A stretch of 50,662 nt of DNA, from assembly GCA_028716145.1 (NCBI GenBank), contig JAQUQL010000002.1:1-50662 (forward strand), written 5' to 3'. Positions 8,139-17,331 of this stretch are shown piece by piece; position 1 is the stretch's first letter, and each line of letters starts with the position of its first letter. Origin of the DNA: Dehalococcoidales bacterium. GTDB lineage: Bacteria; Chloroflexota; Dehalococcoidia; Dehalococcoidales; CSSed11-197. A program made the translations under genes and the position numbers. A model generated the notes under the pieces. That model had not been told where the DNA came from. It made no database searches and saw nothing but the letters and a program-made list of their open reading frames with translations.

Positions 8139-8489
8139 GTGGCAGTTAAAGAAAGTAGCAAGAAACCGGAAGTAACAAATACTCAAGCTGTTGAAGTCGA
8201 GAATCACGATTACGAAATGGTCGTGGTATTTAGACTGGCAGCGTCCGATCCGGAAAACGAAAAGGCTGTTGAGAATCTTAAACAGATGATCGAAGGCCTT
8301 GGCGGTAGTATTAAGCAGGTTGAACCCTGGGGCAAAAAGAAGCTGGCTTATCCTATCGCTCATTTAAACGAAGGGTATTATGTTCTAACAAAGTTTAATT
8401 TGGACCCTGGTAAAACCCTGGAGATAGAAAACAAACTGAGGATTAACGAGCAGGTGCTTCGCCACCTTCTGGTTATTGATGAGGATTAG
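8139..8489 (+). CDS. rpsF: 30S ribosomal protein bS6
   Basis: 116 aa, GTG start with a GAGG SD. YEMVVVF...KQVEPWGKKKLAYPI matches the S6 core, and the position upstream of ssb-rpsR is conserved. Confidence 0.9.
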   Translation: MAVKESSKKPEVTNTQAVEVENHDYEMVVVFRLAASDPENEKAVENLKQMIEGLGGSIKQVEPWGKKKLAYPIAHLNEGYYVLTKFNLDPGKTLEIENKLRINEQVLRHLLVIDED

Positions 8490-8507
8490 TTCAGAGGAGA
8501 GCGCATA

Positions 8508-8915
8508 ATGGTAAGTTTGAATAAGATTATGTTGATTGGCAATGTAGGCAGCGATCCCGAGATGCGTTTTATAGCAAATGGCAATCCGGTGACATCATTC
8601 AGAGTGGCAACCAATCGTATTTATACTACTCCGGAAGGGGAGCGCAAGCAGGAAACAGACTGGTTCAGCGTGGTAACCTGGAACAAGTTGGCTGAACAGT
8701 GCAACCAGTTTCTTGCCAAAGGCCGCCTTGTATATGTTGAGGGCAGGCTTCATAACAGGAGCTGGGAAGGCCAGGACGGCCAGAAAAGAACCCGGACCGA
8801 GGTAATTGCCAGCCGTGTTACATTTCTTGATCGCCAGGCTCAGGGCGGAAGCGAAGAAAAAGCGGATGACATTTATAACGACGAACTTACCCCTGACGAT
8901 ATTCCCTTCAGTTAA
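8508..8915 (+). CDS. ssb: Single-stranded DNA-binding protein
   Basis: 135 aa OB-fold N-terminus (LNKIMLIGNVGSDPEMRF) and an acidic C-terminal tail ending DDIPFS. Confidence 0.92.
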   Translation: MVSLNKIMLIGNVGSDPEMRFIANGNPVTSFRVATNRIYTTPEGERKQETDWFSVVTWNKLAEQCNQFLAKGRLVYVEGRLHNRSWEGQDGQKRTRTEVIASRVTFLDRQAQGGSEEKADDIYNDELTPDDIPFS

Positions 8916-8985
8916 GGCGGGCGTGAAACAGCGCACATAATATACTTTTTCGTAAACTATTTTTATAAGGAGATATGAAATACCT

Positions 8986-9477
8986 GTGGCAAGAGAAACA
9001 ACCACGAAACCCAAAGGTAGAACTGGTGGCAGATGGGGCGGTAACAAATTTGTTGCCAGAAGAAAAGTTTGTACCTTTTGTGCAAACAAAAGCACTCGGA
9101 TAGATTATAAGGACGTAAACCTGCTGGGGCGTTACCTTACCGATAGGGCAAAGATCCTCCCCAGAAGGCGTACCGGTAATTGTGCCAGGCATCAGAGAGC
9201 TCTTGCAGCGGCAATTAAAAGGGCGCGCTATCTGGCCCTTCTGCCATACACTGCTGAGCATATTTATGAAATGGGCGCAACCTATGAAATAAGCCGGCCG
9301 CATTATCGCAAGGAATATCATAAACCGGCTGTAGAAGCGGCGGCACCAGCTGAAGATGCAACCAAAACGGCCGAAGCTGCAGTTGAAAACACAGAGGCCG
9401 AAAACACAGAGGCCGAAAAGGCTGTAGCGGAAGTAAATGCAGAGGAAGCTATCCCTGCCAAAACTGACGAAGAATAG
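8986..9477 (+). CDS. rpsR: 30S ribosomal protein bS18 with N- and C-terminal extensions
   Basis: Core [60 protein letters not shown]. 163 aa in total, with an Ala/Glu-rich tail. Confidence 0.9.
   Translation: MARETTTKPKGRTGGRWGGNKFVARRKVCTFCANKSTRIDYKDVNLLGRYLTDRAKILPRRRTGNCARHQRALAAAIKRARYLALLPYTAEHIYEMGATYEISRPHYRKEYHKPAVEAAAPAEDATKTAEAAVENTEAENTEAEKAVAEVNAEEAIPAKTDEE
9385..9420 (+). repeat. Tandem 15-bp direct repeat (about 2.4 copies) inside the rpsR tail
   Basis: gaaaacacagaggcc occurs at 9385-9399 and 9400-9414, then a partial gaaaag. It encodes [12 protein letters not shown]. Confidence 0.85.
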
Positions 9478-9515
9478 TAAGCATCAGCATTTTTCTTAAA
9501 TAATGAGGAGTTATT

Positions 9516-9656
9516 GTGCCTAAAAGAACATATCAACCGAAGAAAATTCCCAGAAAACGTGAGCACGGTTTTCTGGCTCGAATGAGTACCCGTGGAGGGC
9601 GTGCGGTTTTAAAAGCAAGACGCTTGAAGGGGCGGAAGCGGCTTACCGTTGTGTAA
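9516..9656 (+). CDS. rpmH: 50S ribosomal protein bL34
   Basis: Not in the ORF track (46 aa). GTG start with a GAGGAG SD. Translation is [46 protein letters not shown]. Confidence 0.92.
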   Translation: MPKRTYQPKKIPRKREHGFLARMSTRGGRAVLKARRLKGRKRLTVV

Positions 9657-9670
9657 GGTAGGATCGAGTG

Positions 9671-9704
9671 AAGCCGGTTACCGGAACAATTCCGGCGCCG
9701 GCTT
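9671..9704 (+). other. Bipartite GC-rich hairpin between rpmH and rnpA
   Basis: Outer stem aagccgg/ccggctt and inner stem ccggaa-caa-ttccgg. There is no U-run, so it is more likely a processing or translation-control structure than a terminator. Confidence 0.3.
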
Positions 9705-9719
9705 AACCTTTCTAAATCA

Positions 9720-10046
9720 GTGAAAGGACAGCAGTACCTAAGAGATACAAGAGAATACAGCCGAGTTCATCAGCAGGGGGCAGTTTACCGGCGACGGGGG
9801 CTGAATCTAAAGGTGGCCGGCAATGACATGGATTATTCTAGGTGGGGCCTGGTAGTGAGTAAAAAAGTCGGCTCAGCCGTGGTTAGAAACAGGGTTAAGC
9901 GAGTACTCAGGGAAATACTCAGGCAAACAGATTTAAAGCCAGGCTGGGATATCGTGATAGTAACCCGTCCCTATATAAACAGCATGAATTACGAGGAAAT
10001 TAAAAGCCAGGTGAATGCTATGCTGAAAGAAGCTGGCCTGATTTAG
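9720..10046 (+). CDS. rnpA: Ribonuclease P protein component
   Basis: 108 aa with the RNR motif region VSKKVGSAVVRNRVKRVLRE. Position after rpmH is conserved. Confidence 0.88.
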   Translation: MKGQQYLRDTREYSRVHQQGAVYRRRGLNLKVAGNDMDYSRWGLVVSKKVGSAVVRNRVKRVLREILRQTDLKPGWDIVIVTRPYINSMNYEEIKSQVNAMLKEAGLI

Positions 10047-10061
10047 GGAAAGTGGGAAGAA

Positions 10062-10283
10062 ATGAAAACTTTTTCAATGGCCTTGATACGCTTCTATCAG
10101 AAACATATTTCATCTGTTTTGCCTTCTTCATGTCGTTATACGCCAACCTGTTCTCAATATACTTATGAAGCGATAAACCGCTTCGGAGTTGTCAAGGGAA
10201 CTTGGATGGGGATCAAGCGAATTTGCCGCTGCCATCCCTTTAATCCGGGAGGGTATGATCCTGTTCCGGAGCGAAACCAGTAA
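10062..10283 (+). CDS. yidD: Membrane protein insertion efficiency factor YidD
   Basis: 73 aa. [28 protein letters not shown]...[11 protein letters not shown].. is the YidD signature. Confidence 0.9.
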   Translation: MKTFSMALIRFYQKHISSVLPSSCRYTPTCSQYTYEAINRFGVVKGTWMGIKRICRCHPFNPGGYDPVPERNQ

Positions 10284-10303
10284 TCATACACTAAGGAAGA
10301 ACG

Positions 10304-11449
10304 GTGCATAATAATAAACGAACCTTAAAAGTAATTCTATTAACGTCGCTGCTGGCGCTGGGGCTAATCGTGTCTGGCTGTGTTGGTATGGGAACAGCTC
10401 AGTCAGGCTGGTCTGGCGTTGTTGCTGGCAGCCAGTCTGTGTATCTGGGCTCTGGTGCCGGAAAACTTGTAGCACTGAATTCTGATAATGGTTTTTACCA
10501 GTGGCAGGAAGATTTGGAAGCGTCTGCGGCAGGGGGAGGGCTCGGTTGCGCCGGGGCTTCTGCTGCTGTAGTGTATTCCACGCCTGTGCTGTATGGTGAG
10601 ACCGTTTACATCGGGGATGGCGGAGGCAGATTATATGCTTTCAATGTTAATGACCGCCAGTCAAAGAATGTAGTTTTGAATACAGGTAAGTCCGGCGCTA
10701 TTATTGGAAGTCCGCTTATCGCTCATGAAAGTGTATATGTTGGATCTACTGATGGAAATCTTTATGCCTACGATGCTGCATCGCTCACTTATAGGTGGCA
10801 ATACAACACCGGTGGTGAAATATGGGCTGCTCCGGCAGTGTGGGGAAATAGTATTTTTGCAGCGTCTTTTGACAAAAAACTATACTCGATTGATGCTGAA
10901 AGCGGGCAGTCCAACTGGGATGAGCCGTTCGAAACCAATGGACCGATAATCGCTTCTCCATTAGTATACGGTGATGTTGTAATCATAGCATCCCTAGATC
11001 GGCATGTTTATGCAGTTGATGCAGAAACAGGGGAGCTTGTATGGAGCTACCCGGCCGGTGATAATGATGAAAATGCTCCAAAACGGTGGCTTTGGGCTAC
11101 TCCGGTAACTGGTGATGGGAAGATATATATACCCGGCATGGACGGAAAAGTATATGTTATTGAGGCCAGTGCCGGTGGGCTGGAAGGAATTATTGAAATT
11201 GGCGAATCTGTTGCTTCCACTCCAGTATTTGCCGGTAACAGACTGGTTCTTGCAACCGAAAGCGGCAAGATATATTCCGTTGACACGGATAATTATCAGA
11301 AGATAGAGCTCAGAAATATTGACACAGAGCTGTCATCTCCGCTGGGGGTTGATGGCCAAATTGTCTTCGTACATTCCGTGAAAGGTAACACTGTTTATGC
11401 CATCAACGGTGAAACCGGGGCTTTGTTGTGGTCAACATCTTTGAATTAG
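10304..11449 (+). CDS. PQQ-like (BamB-type) beta-propeller repeat lipoprotein
   Basis: 381 aa, GTG start. Signal peptide with lipobox VSGC. Repeated G.LYA.D...G...W blades. Confidence 0.75.
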   Translation: MHNNKRTLKVILLTSLLALGLIVSGCVGMGTAQSGWSGVVAGSQSVYLGSGAGKLVALNSDNGFYQWQEDLEASAAGGGLGCAGASAAVVYSTPVLYGETVYIGDGGGRLYAFNVNDRQSKNVVLNTGKSGAIIGSPLIAHESVYVGSTDGNLYAYDAASLTYRWQYNTGGEIWAAPAVWGNSIFAASFDKKLYSIDAESGQSNWDEPFETNGPIIASPLVYGDVVIIASLDRHVYAVDAETGELVWSYPAGDNDENAPKRWLWATPVTGDGKIYIPGMDGKVYVIEASAGGLEGIIEIGESVASTPVFAGNRLVLATESGKIYSVDTDNYQKIELRNIDTELSSPLGVDGQIVFVHSVKGNTVYAINGETGALLWSTSLN

Positions 11450-11477
11450 TAACGCAAAATTGTGAGGTAGCTGTCAG

Positions 11478-12464
11478 TTGGATATAGGAGCAATTTGGGA
11501 CATTATCATCCTCAAACCGATGATAAACAGCATGATATCGCTTTCCCAGGTTTTGTGGGGAAGCTTTGGGCTGACTATCATTATATTGACATTAATCGTT
11601 CGGGGAGTGATGTACCCCCTGACCATCAAACAGTTAAGAGCATCGAAAGCTATGCAGTCTTTGCAGCCAAAGCTGGCTGCACTGCAAAAGAAGCACGGTG
11701 CGGATAAAGAAAAACTTGCCCAGGAACAGATGCGTCTTTACAAGGAGTCTGGCGTCAGCCCGTCCGGGTGTCTGCTGCCGATGCTCATCCAGATGCCAAT
11801 CTGGATCGCTCTTTATCAGGCGATAATCAGGGTTATGGCGGTTAACCCGGAGAGCTTCCTGAACCTGTCCCACTACCTTTACTCCTGGCCGATAGTGTAT
11901 GAAGCTTTACCTTTAAATAACCATTTTCTGTGGCTGAATCTGGCAACACCTGACTATTTGCTGGCAATACTGGTAGGACTCTCCATGTTCATTCAGCAAA
12001 AAATGACCCAGGCACCGGTAACAGCCGGAGCATCACCTGCACAATCACAGGCTCAAAGCATGACGGTTATGATGCCGCTCATGTTTACCTTCCTGTCAAT
12101 GTCATTCCCAAGCGGGCTGGCTTTATACTGGGTTACCTCTAATATACTCAGTTTCGTTATGCAGTATTTTATTACCGGATGGGGCGGGCTGGAGCCGATG
12201 AAAAACCGTCTGATAGAACGTATTTCGGGTCTGTTATCCCGTAAAAAATTTAACGATGTAACAACCCGCGTTATACATTCTGGCGATAAGACTGCGCCTG
12301 ATGTAACATCAGGGGAAGATGATGTCCTGATAGGTGATCTGAAAAACGATAATGGGAAAGATGAAGATGGGCTTGCGGCTGATCAAGCGACCATAGCAAA
12401 AAAGCCAGGTAAAGATAAAAGCAAGTCCCAGGCAAAAAAAGGTAAACGAAGCAAACGCAAATAA
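11478..12464 (+). CDS. yidC: Membrane protein insertase YidC (short Gram-positive-like form with a Lys-rich tail)
   Basis: 328 aa, TTG start. Blocks PLTIKQLRASKAMQSLQPK, GCLPMLIQMPIWIALY and SGLALYWVTSN. Confidence 0.9.
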   Translation: MDIGAIWDIIILKPMINSMISLSQVLWGSFGLTIIILTLIVRGVMYPLTIKQLRASKAMQSLQPKLAALQKKHGADKEKLAQEQMRLYKESGVSPSGCLLPMLIQMPIWIALYQAIIRVMAVNPESFLNLSHYLYSWPIVYEALPLNNHFLWLNLATPDYLLAILVGLSMFIQQKMTQAPVTAGASPAQSQAQSMTVMMPLMFTFLSMSFPSGLALYWVTSNILSFVMQYFITGWGGLEPMKNRLIERISGLLSRKKFNDVTTRVIHSGDKTAPDVTSGEDDVLIGDLKNDNGKDEDGLAADQATIAKKPGKDKSKSQAKKGKRSKRK

Positions 12465-12492
12465 AGGTCTAGAAAGCAGGAGGCAGGAACTC

Positions 12493-12999
12493 GTGGCTGA
12501 AGAGATAACAATCAACGAACAACTAATCATAGATATCCAGAGCATTATCGAAGAACTGCTGGATAAAATGGGAATAGTGGCTGCGGCTGAATATAAAGAA
12601 GACGCGGTTGTACAGGAAGTTGAGAGAACGCCAAAACCTCTGCTTTTTGATATAGATTGTGCTAATCCCGGAATACTTATTGGCCGTGGTGGCCAAACGT
12701 TGGATAGCCTTCAATACCTTTTGCGTACCATGGTAAGTCATATACTCAAGGAAGAGATTCCGCCGATCGTTATTGACGTAAGCGGGTACAAGCAACGACG
12801 CTTTAAATATCTGAAAGAAATGGCTGCCAAAGTAGCCAACCAGGTTGCTGAAACTGGTCAACCGCTTACGCTTGAGCCAATGTCAGCATATGAAAGGCGC
12901 ATCATTCACACTGCACTTAATGATGATGAACGTGTTATTACCGAAAGCACTGGCTTTGAAGAAAGCCGCAAAGTGGTGATCAAGCCCTCAAACTACTAG
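12493..12999 (+). CDS. khpB: Jag/KhpB-type RNA-binding protein (KH + R3H domains)
   Basis: 168 aa, GTG start with an AGGAGG SD. GILIGRGGQTLDSLQYL (KH) and ERRIIHTALNDD (R3H). Position after yidC is conserved. Confidence 0.85.
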   Translation: MAEEITINEQLIIDIQSIIEELLDKMGIVAAAEYKEDAVVQEVERTPKPLLFDIDCANPGILIGRGGQTLDSLQYLLRTMVSHILKEEIPPIVIDVSGYKQRRFKYLKEMAAKVANQVAETGQPLTLEPMSAYERRIIHTALNDDERVITESTGFEESRKVVIKPSNY

Positions 13000-13032
13000 A
13001 TTGTGGTGGGCAGTCCGGATTATGTTACTCTT

Positions 13033-13063
13033 AATCCCGCTCGGAAACCATCAGAGCGGGATT
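13033..13063 (+). terminator. Hairpin downstream of jag (weak terminator candidate)
   Basis: aatcccgctc-(11 nt)-gagcgggatt forms a 10-bp stem, followed only by gattatt. Confidence 0.3.
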
Positions 13064-13084
13064 GATTATTAGAAAGGAAGATAT

Positions 13085-16000
13085 ATGGGTCAGGTTTTTA
13101 AACCGGTCGATACGAGGATAAGCTTTCCCGGCCAGGAAGAAGAGATTCTTGGTTTTTGGAAAAGCGAAAAAATATTCGAAAAAAGTATTTCCAGCCGGAA
13201 AGGCGGAGAACGATTTGTTTTCTATGAAGGTCCTCCGACTGCTAATGGTAATCCGGGTATTCACCACGTAATTTCAAGGGTCTTTAAAGATGTTATTACA
13301 CGTTATAAATCGATGCAGGGATACTACGTACCGCGCATCGGTGGTTGGGATACTCACGGGCTTCCGGTTGAATTGGAAGTAGAGAAGGAGCTTGGATTCA
13401 CTTCAAAAACGGATATCGAAAACTACGGTATTGATCGTTTTAATGCTAAGTGCCGCGAGTCCGTTTTTAAATATCTGAAAGAGTGGAATGCCTTTACAGA
13501 CAGAATTGCATTCTGGGTTGATCTTGATAACGCCTATATAACCATGAAAAACAGCTACATCGAAAGCTGCTGGTGGGCAATCAAAAAGATGTGGGATGAT
13601 GGCCTGGTATATAAAGGGTACAAAACGGCAGCGCACTGCCCCCGGTGCGGGACATCACTGAGCTCGCACGAAGTCGCGCAGGGCTATGAAGAAAATACTG
13701 TTGACCCTTCTGTTTACATAAAGTTTAAATTGACACCTGACAGCATATCCAGAATCGGAATAACGGAGATCGCAGAAAAGCCGGTTTATTTATTGGCGTG
13801 GACTACTACTCCGTGGACGTTACCGGGAAATACTGCCCTGGCAGTTGATGCAAGCGCCAGGTACGCCCTTGTCGAGATAGACGGGTACATCATAATTGCT
13901 GCTCAAAAACTGCTGGCTACGCTGGAGTTGTCCGATGCCAGGAAAACAGGGGAGATAAGTGGCCAATCACTGGTTGGGCTGGACTATGAACCCTTGTATA
14001 ACCCTCATGAGTTTGGGGTCGACAGGATGCGCTTTAAAGCGGGTTCCAGTGAACTGGAGAAACAACCAGAAACAGACAAGCTGAACTACCATGTCATATC
14101 GGCAGATTTCGTATCCATGGATGATGGTTCAGGTATCGTTCATATTGCTCCGGCTTTCGGTGAGGCTGACTTTGAAGCCGGCAAAACTGAAGCGCTTGAT
14201 TTTGTACAACATGTCGACCTGGGTGGAAAAATAATAGGTAATTATAATTTTACCGGATTTTTTGTAAAAGATGCTGACAAGATTATCACGCGTGACCTTG
14301 ATGATCGGGGATTGCTGTATCGGGAGACAACTATAACCCATACCTACCCATTCTGTTGGCGCTGTTCTACGCCACTTCTCTACTACGTAAAACAGTCATG
14401 GTATATACGGACTACGGCCCGGAAAGACTGCCTGATCGATCTGAATCAGGAAATAAACTGGTATCCGGATCACATTAAAAATGGAAGATTTGGGGACTGG
14501 CTGCAAAACAATGTAGACTGGGCGTTTTCTCGCGAGCGTTACTGGGGCACACCATTGCCAGTGTGGTGTTGTGAAAAGTGCGGAAGTTTTGATTGCATAG
14601 GCGGAATAGAAGAACTTAAATCCAAACCCGGGTTTTCAGGCTTTGATGGTGAGATAGACCTTCATCGGCCTTATGTTGATAACTTGACTTACACATGTAA
14701 ATGCGGCGGTTTGATGCGCCGTCAGACCGAAGTGATAGACTGCTGGTTTGATTCCGGCAATATGCCAATTGCACAGTATCATTACCCATTTGACAACAAC
14801 ACTCTAATTTCCGACGGTCGTTTTCCGGCTGATTTCATCTGTGAGGCGATCGACCAGACGCGCGGATGGTTTTATAGTCTGCATGCCATCAGCTCTCTTC
14901 TTTTCAATAGTGTGGCTTACAGGAATGTGATCTGTTTGGGCCACATCCTCGATGAGAAGGGTGAAAAAATGAGTAAAAGCCGTAAAAATGTAGTTCAGCC
15001 TAAAGTGATAATTGACAAATACGGCACCGACGCCATGCGATGGTATCTTTATACTGCAAGCCCTCCCGGGCAGCCGCGGCGCTTTTCTGAAGGTTTGGTA
15101 GGAGAGGTTATGAGGCAGTTTATGCTGCCGTTGTGGAACGTTTATTCCTTTTTCGTTACTTATGCCAACATTGATAATTACAACCCTGTAAAATCGGGTC
15201 ACACGTCTCCTGTTGCAGAACTTGACCGCTGGATATTGTCAGAACTTAACGATCTTGTGGCCAAAGTAACTAGTGACTTTGACGGTTATGATCCCACATC
15301 AGCGGGGAGGCGCATTGAAGCTTTCGTGTCCAACCTGTCTAACTGGTATGTACGCCGTAGTCGGAGGCGTTTTTGGAAAAGTGAGAATGATGAAGACAAG
15401 ATTGCAGCATATGATACCCTGCATAATTGTCTTGAGACTCTATCCCGTCTTTTGGCGCCATTTACGCCATTCCTTGCTGAGGCCATGTATCAGAATCTTG
15501 TACTGTCGGTAAATCCGCAGGCACCAGAGTCGGTCCATCTTGCCTCTTTCCCACAAGCTGATACGACGGTAATAGATAACGAACTTGCAGCCAGCGTGCA
15601 ACTGGCAATCCGGATATGCAGTCTTGGTCGCTCGGCAAGAAGCCAGGCCGGTATAAAGATCCGGCAGCCTTTATCAACGCTTACGGTGTTGCTGCAAAGC
15701 CCCGGAGAAGAAGAACGCCTGAACCGGGTTAAAGACCAAATACTGGAAGAATTAAACGTCAAACAGGTGAAGGTAGCTCTTAATAGAGAAGAGCTTGAAA
15801 AAGAAGGTTTGAATCTCAGTTCAGATAACTTATACGCTGTCGGGGTTGATACCAGGATAACGCGCGAATTGGAGTCCGAAGGGCTGGCTCGTGAAATCGT
15901 GCGGCGAATACAAACACTTCGGCGGCAGGCCGACTTTGATATTGCTGACCATATAGTTACATGGTTTCAGGCAGATCAGAGAATCGAAGAAGTTATGGAA

Positions 16001-16135
16001 GAATACCGGGTTTATATCAGCCGGGAAACTCTTTCTGATAATATTGTAAATGCTGAGCCAGATGAGCAGGGCTATTCAGAAAACTTCAAGCTTGATGGCC
16101 ATCCTGTGGTGCTGGGTGTGAAAAAGCAGGATTAA
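13085..16135 (+). CDS. ileS: Isoleucine--tRNA ligase (type 2, long form)
   Basis: 1016 aa. HIGH-region PPTANGNPGIHH, KMSKS (KMSKSRKN), editing-domain insertion, Zn-finger Cys pairs. Confidence 0.92.
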   Translation: MGQVFKPVDTRISFPGQEEEILGFWKSEKIFEKSISSRKGGERFVFYEGPPTANGNPGIHHVISRVFKDVITRYKSMQGYYVPRIGGWDTHGLPVELEVEKELGFTSKTDIENYGIDRFNAKCRESVFKYLKEWNAFTDRIAFWVDLDNAYITMKNSYIESCWWAIKKMWDDGLVYKGYKTAAHCPRCGTSLSSHEVAQGYEENTVDPSVYIKFKLTPDSISRIGITEIAEKPVYLLAWTTTPWTLPGNTALAVDASARYALVEIDGYIIIAAQKLLATLELSDARKTGEISGQSLVGLDYEPLYNPHEFGVDRMRFKAGSSELEKQPETDKLNYHVISADFVSMDDGSGIVHIAPAFGEADFEAGKTEALDFVQHVDLGGKIIGNYNFTGFFVKDADKIITRDLDDRGLLYRETTITHTYPFCWRCSTPLLYYVKQSWYIRTTARKDCLIDLNQEINWYPDHIKNGRFGDWLQNNVDWAFSRERYWGTPLPVWCCEKCGSFDCIGGIEELKSKPGFSGFDGEIDLHRPYVDNLTYTCKCGGLMRRQTEVIDCWFDSGNMPIAQYHYPFDNNTLISDGRFPADFICEAIDQTRGWFYSLHAISSLLFNSVAYRNVICLGHILDEKGEKMSKSRKNVVQPKVIIDKYGTDAMRWYLYTASPPGQPRRFSEGLVGEVMRQFMLPLWNVYSFFVTYANIDNYNPVKSGHTSPVAELDRWILSELNDLVAKVTSDFDGYDPTSAGRRIEAFVSNLSNWYVRRSRRRFWKSENDEDKIAAYDTLHNCLETLSRLLAPFTPFLAEAMYQNLVLSVNPQAPESVHLASFPQADTTVIDNELAASVQLAIRICSLGRSARSQAGIKIRQPLSTLTVLLQSPGEEERLNRVKDQILEELNVKQVKVALNREELEKEGLNLSSDNLYAVGVDTRITRELESEGLAREIVRRIQTLRRQADFDIADHIVTWFQADQRIEEVMEEYRVYISRETLSDNIVNAEPDEQGYSENFKLDGHPVVLGVKKQD

Positions 16136-16142
16136 TACCGAG

Positions 16143-17216
16143 TTAAGACAGCGTAACCAGTGTTTTATATTCATTGCCTTCGCGGTGATAGGTAATTTCT
16201 ACTGACTGGCCGATTTCCCGGGAGCGGATAGCCCAGACTAGCGTTTCAACAGAAGTTGTTGGCTGGCCGTCAATAGCGGTGATTATATCGCCAGCTCGGA
16301 GGCCACCAGCTTCAGCACCGGTGTCCGGTGTAACTCCCTGAATGAGTACGCCCTGATCTGTGTCGAGTTCAAAGAAGCTGGCAACAGCGGGGTTAACCGT
16401 CACCATGCCCCATATTCCAAGCACGGGATAAGTAATGAAACCTTCTGTAACCAGACGCTCTATTACAGGAAGGGCTGAATCTGTGCTGATGGCATATCCT
16501 ACGCTCTCGATAGTAATATCCACCAGTTTGGCGTTGGTGATGCCGATAACCTCTCCAGCCAGGTTGATAAGCGGCCCACCACTGTTACCCGGATTCATGG
16601 CGGCATCAGTCTCAATCAGCCCATAGAGCGCTCTGCCTTCAATAATTGTTGATACATTCAACTGGCTAACCCAGCCACCCTTCATGCTTATTCCAAGGCC
16701 GAGGGCGTTGCCTACAGCTGCCACAGGCTGGCCGACTTTTAATGAGGACGAACTTCCAATAGAAGCTGCTGGCAGCCCGGTTTCATTAACACGAATAATA
16801 GCGATATCGGTGATAGCATCAGCATAGATGCTAACCGCCTCAAGGTAGCGACCGTCGTGTAAAACAACGCCGACTTCTGAAGCTCCTTCAACAACATGTT
16901 CGTTGGTAACTATTAAGCCATCACTGTCGATAATCCAGCCTGATCCGGCGCCGGTAGAAGTTTCTACTGCCACCACGGAAGGGCGGACCTTTTCTACTGC
17001 CTCAACCCAGTTTTCAAGTTCAAAGCCCGAAGACTGGGTTGGTGGATTCCAGGTGGCATTGATAGGAGGTTGAGTTGAAGAAGGAGTAGTGGTTTGGGCA
17101 GAACCAAGATTAAAACCTGGGAAACGTTCTGCGATTATGGAGCAGCCGCTCAAGGTGAGCAATGCTATAGCGGATGCAATCATACCAATTGTAAGTTTTA
17201 TTTTTTTACTTTTCAT
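16143..17216 (-). CDS. HtrA/DegP-family trypsin-like serine protease with a C-terminal PDZ domain (lipoprotein signal)
   Basis: 357 aa. Lipobox LSGC; catalytic blocks TNEHVV, DIAIIRV, GNSGGPL; PDZ region GLRAGDIITAIDG. Confidence 0.88.
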   Translation of the reverse strand: MKSKKIKLTIGMIASAIALLTLSGCSIIAERFPGFNLGSAQTTTPSSTQPPINATWNPPTQSSGFELENWVEAVEKVRPSVVAVETSTGAGSGWIIDSDGLIVTNEHVVEGASEVGVVLHDGRYLEAVSIYADAITDIAIIRVNETGLPAASIGSSSSLKVGQPVAAVGNALGLGISMKGGWVSQLNVSTIIEGRALYGLIETDAAMNPGNSGGPLINLAGEVIGITNAKLVDITIESVGYAISTDSALPVIERLVTEGFITYPVLGIWGMVTVNPAVASFFELDTDQGVLIQGVTPDTGAEAGGLRAGDIITAIDGQPTTSVETLVWAIRSREIGQSVEITYHREGNEYKTLVTLS

Positions 17217-17282
17217 CGCCTCGCCTCTGAAAAGGCTCTTAACTTAATGATATATCAAGAGTGAGAGTCATTCAACCCGGAT

Positions 17283-17314
17283 AAAAAAAGGGAAGCGTAA
17301 AAGCTTCCCTTTTT
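17283..17314 (-). terminator. Intrinsic terminator downstream of trpB2
   Basis: aaaaaaa-gggaagc-gtaaaa-gcttccc-ttttt. On the minus strand the stem is followed by a U7 run. Confidence 0.6.
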
Positions 17315-17331
17315 GTGAAACTAAGTTGGTT

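Noticed and set aside
8595-9321. Minus-strand ORFs of 166 and 137 aa antisense to ssb and rpsR.
   Set aside because: They overlap well-supported ribosomal and SSB genes. They have no SD and no motif.
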